NCBI GenBank assembly: GCA_000388065.2 | Contig: KB932203.1 | DNA from: Fonticula alba ATCC 38817 | Taxonomy: Eukaryota > Protista > Nucleariida | Strand: one strand, 5' to 3' | DNA: 19,524 nt | Shown here: positions 7,804 to 18,510 of the stretch, in pieces | Layout of the letters: each line of letters begins with the position of its first letter | Position numbering within the stretch: the first letter of the stretch is position 1 | Notes under the pieces: generated by a model | What the model was told of the DNA's origin: nothing | What the model saw: the letters and a program-made list of their open reading frames with translations, nothing else | The model's database searches: none | Translations under genes and position numbers: made by a program

Positions 7804-10800
7804 ATGGACTCCTTTAAGCCCAACTCCGATCACTTGCCCCTCGGCCAGGCTCCGGCCCTGCCGACGGCCGAGTACGCCCGGCGAGGGAGACAGCTGGTCG
7901 AGCGTCTGCGCGATATCGCCGAGGACTTCTTCGACCCCGATGGCCCGGAGTGCGCCGACTCCGGGGTACGCATGCCCCACCCCCGCCCTCCCTTCCCCTT
8001 TTTCTGTCCAGCACCTGGGCCTCCGCGCCTGGCCTGTCGCCGCCCCCACCGGCCGGCCACTGACCTCCCGGGCTTGCCCCGCGTTGCCTCCCTCCTCCGA
8101 ATGTCTCGGCTCACGGCCCGCACCCGCCACCTGCCACATGCTTCAGCTGCCGCAGCTCCTCGGCCGCGCAGAGACTCCGGCCGTGCTGGCTTCCGTTCGG
8201 ACCCTGAGCCGCGAGGTGCAGCTCCATGTGGCAACGCTGCGGCGCCGGTCGAACGAGCTCACCAAACGCGCGTCCAAGTCCCGGCAGCGCCTGCTCGAGC
8301 TCCGGTCCGAGCGCTCGCACTTGGTGACCGCTGTGATGAATCTGCGCAAGAAGACGTGCGCCATGCTGCCTGCACGCGCCCATTGCCCTCCCCGCGTTCC
8401 CTGTGTTTGTGTTTGTGTGTGTGTGTGTTGCCCGCCTCGCTGACTGTGTTTGCCTGCCAGCTACAAGTACCACGATTTGAAGCTCGACCGGCCACTGCCC
8501 GGCCCGCCGGACACCTCGGACTTGGCCCCTGTGGCTGAGGAGCAGGATCCGATTCTCAATGACCACCTCCACCGCGAGAACATCGGCCTCCTGACGCGTG
8601 AGCTGGACCAACTGAAAGAGTGCGCCAATGCCCGGCCTCTCGGCGCGTGCCACGCACCGCTCCCCGGCCCGACCCCCCCCCCCTCCTCCCCATGCCTGCC
8701 CCCACACGCGCATATCTATCTATCTATATATAGATATGCACACTAACACCTGCGCATGTGCATGCCCATGGCCGACAGAATGAGCGTCTCCCTGGAGCGC
8801 ATCCGCCAGGAGCGCCGGAACTTGGTGGCCGCCGGGAGCGAGCACCAGCGCACACTGAAGGACTTGCTGACGTCGGCCGAGACTCTGGTTTACCAATTCC
8901 AGTCCATCAGCAACACCTTCAGCCTGGATCAGACGACGCTGGAGGAGCGGCTGGACGCCCTGACGCCGGAGCTGCGCGGGGCGTACGACATCTTCAGCGA
9001 GCTGGCGCGCGAGAAGAATGCCTACTATGCCGGGCTCAGACGCCCGGGCCAGTCGGCCAGCGATTTGACCGCCGACCTGTCCTACATGATGCGGCCGCTG
9101 GTGTCCATCAATGTCGTGGGCGATGTCATCGAGGAGAATGTTGCCCGGTCGGAGCGCCAGCGCGCCTCGGAGGCCCTCGGCTCGTCCATGTTCCTGGGGG
9201 CCCTGGCGGGCGGGCGAAAGGCGCGCCGGACGGCCCCGGCCCCGGCCACGGCCACGGCCGATGCCGATGCCGAAGTCGATGCCGAGGTCGATGCCGATGC
9301 CGATGCCGACACCGAGCCCGAGCCCGAGCCCGCCGATGCGGCCCCCTGTGCCCTGGATCGCATTGCCTCGCCCATGTATTTGGATTTGCATCTGGTGTAC
9401 CCGGCGACCGGGACCCCGGCGGCCACCTTCCACTTCAAGATCCTCTCCCTGGCTGTGGATTTGGAGGCAGTGCTGGAGGCCTTGGAGTCCGGGGACCCGG
9501 ACTCGCCGCAAGTCCGGGCACTGGTGGACAGTCTGGCTGCCAGCGGGCTGACCGATGCGTCGGCCGCGCCCGGTGCCCTGGCCGAGCGCCTGGCCCAGCC
9601 GCTGCTGGTCGTGGCGGAGAGCAGCTCTCTCGGGTTCATGCTGCCGGTGCTGGACCAGCTGCTGGAGCGAGCTCCCGAGGAGCACCGTCGCGGGGCGCCG
9701 GACCTTTTCGATGAGGCCGGCCGCGAGGTGGGCAACTTTACCGGGCCCCCGGGGGCCGGGGCCGCCGGTCTCGGCTCGGGCGGTGGCAGTGGCCGGGCCC
9801 GGACGTATGGCTGGCTGCAGCGCATCGGCCGAAGCGCTGGCCAGTCGGCGGATGTCATCTTCGATGGGGTTGACTCTCGCCGGACCCTGGCCCGGCGGGT
9901 GTTGGACCGGCTCCTGGAACGGACCAATCTCCTGGTGGGCTTTGCTCTGACGTCGGGGCTGGTCAAGCGCAAGCCGCAGCTGCAGCTGCCCCGACTCGAG
10001 GCAACGCTGGACCTGGGACAGGCGCGTGCGGAGATCGCCGCCATCGAGAAGCTCATGGCCACAGTACGCCAGTGCGATTCCCATGTGGAGGCCTGCCATT
10101 ATGATGAGGTACATGCGGAGGTGGCCTGCTCCCTTTTGTGTCTCGCCCTTTGGCCTTTGGCCTTTCACTCTCCGCCAGACGCACACTGCGGCGGGGCTTC
10201 TGCTAACCGTGAGGCATGCGCATGCGCATGCACATGCACACATACATATGCACATATGCATACATGTGTATATTTACACGCATGAAGATGGACATGACCT
10301 CGATGAATCGAATTGTGAGCTTTGACATTCGCCGGAGTAGCTGTGCGTTGCCTCCTCCCTTCGCTCCGCAGCATCGCCATGTGCTTTTTTTTCCGGTGAC
10401 CATTGCCCTGCAATCATGTTGCATCTGACAGTATGGTCACTGCTCGCTGTGTGGGTGCTTTTCCGGGTGGGTCGGTGGGTTGGGGGCGAAAAAGACACCA
10501 TGCGCTTGGTGTTCCGCGTGCCACTCGCGCCGCCGATCGAGGCCACCACCCCCTCAGTCAACTGGGTTGTGGCTCCTTTCCACTTTGGTGCGTACATCCG
10601 TCCCCGGCAGGGGGGGGGGGGGGGGGGGGAGGGCCGGGGGCGAGGCCCGGCTTCCTTTGCCATTCGTCGCACATCTGCGCCTGTGTGTCGCCCTTTTCCC
10701 TCGTCCCTCCTCTCGTGCATCCCTCGCCTGCTGTCTGTGTGCCTTTTGCCATACGGGAGGTGGGCCAATGAAAGGGCGCGACTAACCCTCCTCTCGGGAA

Positions 10801-11406
10801 ACAAACGCCACACACACACACACACACGCGCGCGCGCACATGCACACGCACACGCACATGCAGAGGGCGAAGAGGAGGGCGGCGTGGTTGACGACCAGTC
10901 GGACCCCCTGGCGGCGAGCGCCCTCGAGGAGCAGCGCCAGGCCACCTCGCTGGCGATCCAGCAGCGGATCTTGCACTTCCGCGCCCAGGTGCCGGGGTTC
11001 CTTGCCAGCGACATTGTGCCCTTCCCCTTCATCACGCTGGATGCCTGGGTGGCCAGCCTGTGCTTGAACCTGGTGGTCGAGCACATCGCCGACATCCAGG
11101 CGGTCGTGGGCCAGGCCGTGCGCCATGGCATTCGGCCCTGCCTGCGGGCCGAGCAGTTGAAGTTCGATCCGCTGAACAATCACCTGTACGTGGTTCCGCA
11201 TCCGGTGCCGGAGGAGGAGCGCCATCAGCAGCCGGCCGGCTCCTCGGAGGAGTCCGAAGAGGAGGGCGCCCTGTCCAGCGACGGCGACCTGGACATGGCC
11301 TCCGATGAGGGGGAGATCGATGTGTACATGAGCGACGGCGAGGTGCCCAGTGATGACCGGCGGTCGCCGACCGCGAGCAGCCACTCAAGCAGCGGCAGCA
11401 GCGGCG

Positions 11407-11438
<32 letters not shown>

Positions 11439-11735
11439 ACTCGCCGCCCCCGCCACACTCCGGACGGTGACCGGTCCTGGTCGCCGGGTCTGCCCCGGCG
11501 GGAGCAGCGGCAGCAGCACCGGCCCCAGCATGGCAGCGGCGCCAGCGACGGTGGGGATGGTGGCGACAGCAGCGCCCTGACCGGGGACGAGCTTTCCCTG
11601 TCCTCCCTCGATGGGGATGCTCCGCTGGAGGAACTCTACATCTCGGACCACCTGTCGAGTCCGCCGTCGTTCCACTCGGCCGCGTCCGGCAGCGAGCACT
11701 CGCGACACGCCTCGGACGGGGAGATCGACGACTAG
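7804..11735 (+). CDS. THOC5: THO complex subunit 5-like (FMIP/THOC5), about 980 aa; exons 7804-7965, 8147-8355, 8461-8619, 8779-10108, 10288-10342, 10432-10587, 10864-11735
   Basis: Six phase-compatible GT-AG introns (three with CTAAC branch sites) give 2943 nt (981 codons). The N-terminal coiled coil follows the FmiP_Thoc5 pattern (TLRRRSNEL..YKYHDLKL..DH..LLTRELDQLKE..LKDLLTSAETLV..I..TF). LTPELRGAY, VSINVVGDV and MYLDL resemble LPPPLYVLF, LSVAIEGSV and VMLDL of animal THOC5. Similarity was judged by eye only. Confidence 0.68.
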
Positions 11736-13187
11736 CTCCACGGAGGGGATCTGGTGCCCTGTGTGTTGTCCGGGGGCGGGGAGTCGCGGCCGGAGCTCGG
11801 CCATGCTTTTGGTTGAGTGTGGACTGGGAATCCGCCCCCCCCNNNNNNNNNNNNNNNNNNNNNNNNNNNNNNNNNNNNNNNNNNNNNNNNNNNNNNNNNN
11901 NNNNNNNNNNNNNNNNNNNNNNNNNNNNNNNNNNNNNCCCCCCCCCCTGTGGGAGGGAGCGGCTGTGGCGGCGAGAAATGCATCCACTCCATTCCTCTTC
12001 TTTTGCTCCTCCGCCTCCGCCATGTTCCCCATATTTGCCCATCGCGCCACCCTTGCCGGCCTCTTCGGGATTCACTCCCTTACGTGACGTGTGATGTGAG
12101 GATCATGTGGCCACGACGCACACCGGGGCGAACCCCTCAGGAAACGCAGACCAGGGCGGTGTTCCGGCCACCCGCGCCCCGGGGCGGGCGGCGGGCCGTT
12201 ATATCCCTCGCCCTTTGTGCGCCCGCCGCGCCTTCCCCTTGCGGGGGGCGGGGAGGGGGGGACCGAACACAGCAGACCCCCCCGCCTGCTCCTCTGGGGC
12301 CGGGACTGGGGCCGAGATGGGTGGTGAATGGCCTGAGGGCATGCTACGGCGGCTGTGGCCCCCAGGCTGCCGCGATGTGTGCCTTTCCCTCGGAGTGCGT
12401 GCGCGCGCGCGCTCCAGAAGACGCGTCCGAGGATGGGTGCCGCGGTGCGGCCCGTTCGGGGGGGAGGCGGATGTCAAGAGCGGCGGCCACCACGAGGCAG
12501 GGTCGTCATGCCATTTGGCCGACCTCTCGGCCCCGGCCTCCTGCCCTCTTTCTCGGGGCCCGGGCGGTGCCGATGTCAAAGGGGAGCAGCCCCCGGGCGG
12601 GCGGGGGGCTCTTACCAACGCACATACACGCAAGCTACCGAGGGGGGGGGGGCGCCCCTCACGGCGCCGGTGCCTGAGCTCATTCCGTCCGAAGGAATGG
12701 TCCTCGCCCTTCCCCCGCCCCCTCCCGGGGGGGGGGGGGGGGGGATGGCCCAGGGCAACCTGGCGGGCGAAGCCAGGACACGGGCTGGCCGGGGGCGCGC
12801 CCACGCACCCTCGCAGGCATCCCTCCCGGAGGAATCCCCCGTGCCCACCCTCCCGGGGGGGGGGCCCTAGGGTCGTGCGCGCCGGCGCGCGCGGATATTG
12901 AGCTGACTTACGACAATCCGCATTCCGGGGGGAATTCCAGCGCCGCCGACTCATCAGGTCGGCCGCGGGGAGCGCCGCTGCGCGTCCACACGCAACGGGG
13001 CGGAGAGAGCTGCGGGGGGGGGGAGGGGCGGGGCCTCATTGTGCCGGAGGGACGCGTCCCGGGTGTCTCGGCCCTCCACGCGTGCATAGGGGGGATGATA
13101 CCAACGAGCCAGACACACGGAGGGGAAGGGCTGCCAGTCATCCGGGCTGGGTGGGGTGGGCGTGCTGGCGGGGCCTGGCGTTCCGCC

Positions 13188-13190
<3 letters not shown>

Positions 13191-13229
<39 letters not shown>
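13191..13229. repeat. Poly-C tract (39 nt) abutting an assembly gap
   Basis: Read directly; the true length is unknown because it runs into Ns. Confidence 0.9.
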
Positions 13230-14927
13230 NNNNNNNNNNNNNNNNNNNNNNNNNNNNNNNNNNNNNNNNNNNNNNNNNNNNNNNNNNNNNNNNNNNNNNN
13301 NNNNNNNNNNNNNNNNNNNNNNNNNNNNNNNNNNNNNNNNNNNNNNNNNNNNNNNNNNNNNNNNNNNNNNNNNNNNNNNNNNNNNNNNNNNNNNNNNNNN
13401 NNNNNNNNNNNNNNNNNNNNNNNNNNNNNNNNNNNNNNNNNNNNNNNNNNNNNNNNNNNNNNNNNNNNNNNNNNNNNNNNNNNNNNNNNNNNNNNNNNNN
13501 NNNNNNNNNNNNNNNNNNNNNNNNNNNNNNNNNNNNNNNNNNNNNNNNNNNNNNNNNNNNNNNNNNNNNNNNNNNNNNNNNNNNNNNNNNNNNNNNNNNN
13601 NNNNNNNNNNNNNNNNNNNNNNNNNNNNNNNNNNNNNNNNNNNNNNNNNNNNNNNNNNNNNNNNNNNNNNNNNNNNNNNNNNNNNNNNNNNNNNNNNNNN
13701 NNNNNNNNNNNNNNNNNNNNNNNNNNNNNNNNNNNNNNNNNNNNNNNNNNNNNNNNNNNNNNNNNNNNNNNNNNNNNNNNNNNNNNNNNNNNNNNNNNNN
13801 NNNNNNNNNNNNNNNNNNNNNNNNNNNNNNNNNNNNNNNNNNNNNNNNNNNNNNNNNNNNNNNNNNNNNNNNNNNNNNNNNNNNNNNNNNNNNNNNNNNN
13901 NNNNNNNNNNNNNNNNNNNNNNNNNNNCCCCCCCCCCCCCCCCCCCTCCCCGCTCCCGGCCCTCCGACCGCGGGCCCGGGCGATGGGTACACACAATTCA
14001 AAGTGCTCGTCCCCGGGGCAAACGGCCGGAGCTTCGGGAAGCGTGCCCGTATCCCGGACTAGGGGACGCAAAAGGTTGGCGAAGTCAAGAGAGGCCTGAG
14101 TCCCCGGAGAAGGGGGCGGGCTTCCGGGGCCCCGGCGCCCGGGGCGCCTTGCATCGGCTTTCGCGCACGGCCGATTGGCATTTGGTATGCACACTTCGGC
14201 GTCCCGGGGGGGGGGGGGGGGATGCCTTGTCCCTCCGGCGGCCCCGGCCGCGTGCGCGTCCTGCGTTCCGACGGGCCCGGCGAGGGTGCATCCAGTTCCC
14301 GCCCCCGCCCCCGGAAGGGGGCTTCCAGAACAAGTCTTCTCGCCTCGCCGCTCGCCGAAGTACCAGGGCGTTTCTTTCGGCCCGCAGCAGGGGAAGGATA
14401 TTCGCATGTTTTATATGCCGCGGCATATACCGCGTGCCGAAGGAATAGTTGTGGGGCTCCTAACTAGATGCGTGCATGCGTGCAGGCACATTTTTGCACA
14501 TCCAGGCGGGGGCGGGGACGGGCCCGTAGAACACACACACACACAGACGGACACACGGACACACAACGCTGCCTTCCTGTCCCGAGGGGCCGAGAACAAG
14601 GGCTGGGCCGAACCGCCGGGGCCCGGCCTGGCCGGGGGGGCCGGCGCGCCCGGGCGTTTCTGGTATGTCCGCGGCTGATATGGGCGCGCGCGCGCGCGAG
14701 CTGCGGGGTGCCCGGCATTTGTCCCCAGTCGGCGCGGTGCGGGGGCTGTCCGGCCAGGACACGGACGCCGGCCTGGCGCCCCCGACGAGTGAGCTCCCCT
14801 CACCGCCCCCCCCCCCCCCCTTGCCCATTGGCCAGCGGNNNNNNNNNNGGGGGGGGGGGGGGGGGCGATTGTCTTTGTGGCCGTTGGGGCCCCGGTGCAG
14901 GAGCACGAAGGGGGCCCACACGGACAC

Positions 14928-15455
14928 CTACAGCTCGGAGACGTGGAGACTGCCGGGCAGGCTGGTGGACGCATTCTCCGGCCCCTCGTCATCCGACAGC
15001 AGCTCGCCATGCTGGCCGGCCGGGGTCGGCAGGAAGGTCCGCGGGATGAGGGCGTCCAGCCGGCGAAGGGAGTCGCTGGCGGGGTGGGCCGTCCCGATCT
15101 TGGGCGACGGCCCGGCGAAGGCCCCCGTCGAGGGCGGGTTGGTCCGGTGACTGATGGCCTTGAGATTGGGGAAGGCCGCACGCTCGAGGAAGGACCTGGC
15201 AAGCGGAAGGGGGCCAGAGCAGAGGGAATGTCAGCCACCATGGAGGGGTGTCGGTATGCGCGGCGGCCGAGGGGGCCTGGGCGGGGCGAGGAGCTTCGGT
15301 GTGGCCCGCGATGGCGGCAGGATCGGCATAGGGGGCAGAAAAGGCACGCACGACTGCTCGCTCCGCGGCTGGGAGTAGATCGGCTTCCAGTTGCCAAGAA
15401 TGATGACCGACCCGACCAGGAACATGCCGAGACCGATCAAAGCCTCGATCGTCAC
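14928..15455 (-). CDS. EMC5: ER membrane protein complex subunit 5 / membrane magnesium transporter family, 5'-partial; exons 15455-15352 and 15195-14928
   Basis: Translation VTIEALIGLGMFLVGSVIILGNWKPIY..SFLERAAFPNLKAISHR matches the second TM helix and the following F....PsF..fnHR segment of MMgT/EMC5. The 156-nt intron has GTGCGT, GCTGAC and CAG. The first TM exon is absent and presumably lies in the 15515-15524 gap. Confidence 0.7.
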
Positions 15456-15525
15456 CTTTCCAAGCAGCCAGCCGGAGGGACGGAGGCGAGGGCGCGCGCG
15501 CGCGAGGGGGGGGGNNNNNNNNNNG

Positions 15526-16257
<732 letters not shown>

Positions 16258-18510
16258 GCGCCCGTGCGCGCGCGCCCTCTTGCGTCGCTCGGCGTGTCCT
16301 GCCCCCCCCTCTCTCTCTCTCCCCTTTCTGCCGCGCGCCCCTCCCCCGCCTTTTGTGTTGTTGCACGCACCAAAGGCGTGCAGTGCGTGCGCGCGTGTGT
16401 GCATGAATATTCCCTACGTGTGTCCGGGCTGCCTCCCCCCCCCTCCCCGGCGGAAGGGTGATGCCTCCTCTTTCTTCGAGGCTTGCCACGCTACCAGGTG
16501 TGTCTCCTCCATGCATCTTTCCCCCCCCCCCCTCACACCTGCCTTCCTCTCGGGGAGCCTTTCACTGACCTCTCTCTCTCTCTCTCCCTCGCTCCCGCTC
16601 GTTCGCCGGTCCCCCCCCCTCTGTGTGTCATCCCGCTCAGTATGCAGCGTCGCTGTGTTTCATCCTTTCCCCTCTCCCGTTTGTGTGCTCATGGGCGTAC
16701 CCCCTCTCTTCGCCCCCCTCCCCCTCTATACCCGTGTGTACACGCACATGTACTTCATCTCCCGCGCTGGGCACCCCCCTCCTCTTTCCACCCTCCCTCC
16801 CTCCCCACCCTCCCCTCCCACATGTGTAATACATCCCATCAAACTGCAAGTGTGCCTCGTCTTCGTGCTCTTCTCCTCTCCGGTGTCTGCTCCGTCCCTT
16901 GCCCCTCGCCGTGTGGGCGCCACCCTCCTCTTTTTTTATGGCCCCCTCTCCCGGCCCTGTGCTCTCCTCACGCACCGGAGCAGGACGTCGCCCAGCAGGG
17001 AGGGGGAGGGTTTTATGTCCTGGCGTCTGCGCGTCCTCCCCCTGCTGGCCTCTTGCTCCCTTCCTTCTTCCTTCCTCCTTTCTCCGTTTTCTCCTTTCCA
17101 ACTCTGCCCTTGATACCCCCGGGTCACACCATTTTGAGCTTGGGGGAGGGGCGAGACACGTGCGCGCACCGGGGCGCTCTGGAGAGGCACTTCTGCGCTA
17201 ACTCCCGGAGGGGGGCAGGGCGGCAGGGCGGGCGGGTGACCTGCGTGGCAGGCCGGGCCTGGTTTCAGTTCCATCACCTTGGGGCTGTGCGGCGCGGGGG
17301 AACTCCCGGAAGTGGGTCAGACTCGGCCGCCCCTTCGCAGGGGATGGAGCCCTGCATGTGGTGGGTCTTGCCACCAAGCCGGGCGAGGGGCTGCCCGGGA
17401 GCGCCAAGTCGTCCCCACTGCGCCGTGCATTTTACCATTTTTCTCCTCTCCCTCTCTCTCTGTCCCGCACACACACGCCTTCTTTTGCTGCACGATCCCC
17501 TGTCTTTATCGGTGGGCATGCCCACAGCATACATGGGGCCGAGAGGACAAAGAGGAAGACCGGAGGGGGCGCGGCGCTTCAAACACATGTTCGCTTGCAA
17601 GGGGGAGGGACGTTGGTTCCCTCTTTTTTCGGAATAAAAATAATACATGTGTCTTGTCCTGTGCATACGCCTGCACCCCCCCCCCCCTCCCCCCCCCGCA
17701 CAGAGGCGCGAATACTTCCAGCAGCCCGGGGCAAGGGGCCGCGCCCTGGATGCGCCCTCCTCCTCCCGAAAGAGGGGTGGTCACGTTCTGGCGGCTCTTT
17801 CCTTCCCACGATGAGTCCGGCCTGTTGTGACCGAGACTGTGTGCCGGGCGGTGGGCCTTGCTCGGTTCCCCCGGCGGGGGTCCCTGCTTCACTGCCCCTT
17901 TTGAGTCCCGATTGGTTGGCGCGCACACATGCGCACCCGCTCAGGCGCGCGGGGCATTGTTGTTTGTCGGGCCGTCCGTGCGTGACGCCGCCCCCCCCCC
18001 CCCCCCCCCCTATGGCCAAATGCCCAGGAGGACCATTTCTCTCCGGCCCCGCGCCCAGGCGCCCGGAGGGACCAGCACTCCTCGCAGGCAATCCGGCAAA
18101 TGGGCCCACACGGTGTGCGCGCCACGGCCGCGCCGCCCCTCTCCGGGGCATGGGTCGTGCACACAGCACATGCACATGTGCGCGTGCCACACGCGCGGCT
18201 CCGGACGGCCGCCCCCGGGGCCGCAGGAGTGTCTGCCCGGAGATGCCGGTTCCCGCGGGCCAGGGGATCCTTCCCTCGCAAGCTTGTCATGCACGCCGTT
18301 AGACGGGCTTCCGCCTGCCCGGGCCGCGGCCCGCCCCGTGCACCGGGCCAGATCCCGCGGCCGGGCCACTCAACAGCCGCCCGGCCGATCGGGACGTCCT
18401 CGGGCCGGCGTCGCTACACCCTGCCTCCTCGCTCCTTCACCTTCCACCTTCAATCCCCCTTCCCCTGTCCTCCGCGATCTGGGCCCGAAAAGCCGCAGCG
18501 CCTCTCCAAG

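Noticed and set aside
8009-8011. Earlier in-frame CAG acceptor for THOC5 intron 1
   Set aside because: It gives only a 46-nt intron and 45 extra low-complexity residues, and branch-like CTGAC/CTCAC lie downstream of it. It cannot be fully excluded as an alternative site.
8720-11384. Minus-strand ORFs 8720-10261, 9082-10062, 10274-11179 and 10782-11384
   Set aside because: Antisense to the THOC5-like exons; stops are scarce because of C/G-ending codon bias on the coding strand.
12908-14448. ORFs of 290-500 aa spanning the 698-N gap, and similar ORFs across other gaps
   Set aside because: Artefacts of translating N as X.
14412-14467. Helitron 3' end (palindrome followed by CTAG)
   Set aside because: CTAG is 35 nt from the hairpin rather than about 10-15, is followed by A rather than T, and no Rep/helicase sequence is present.
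17160-17218. Mini-intron-like GTGCGC..GCTAAC..CAG in the calmodulin-ACOT9 interval
   Set aside because: At 59 nt it is shorter than all supported introns (89 nt or more), and no flanking coding exons are evident.
17633-17638. AATAAA as the calmodulin poly(A) signal
   Set aside because: A single hexamer 1.4 kb downstream, with no evidence that this organism uses it.
16258-18510. Overlapping ORFs of 100-380 aa between calmodulin and ACOT9
   Set aside because: Low-complexity P/S/L/R products from pyrimidine-rich UTR-like DNA, with no coding codon bias or motifs.
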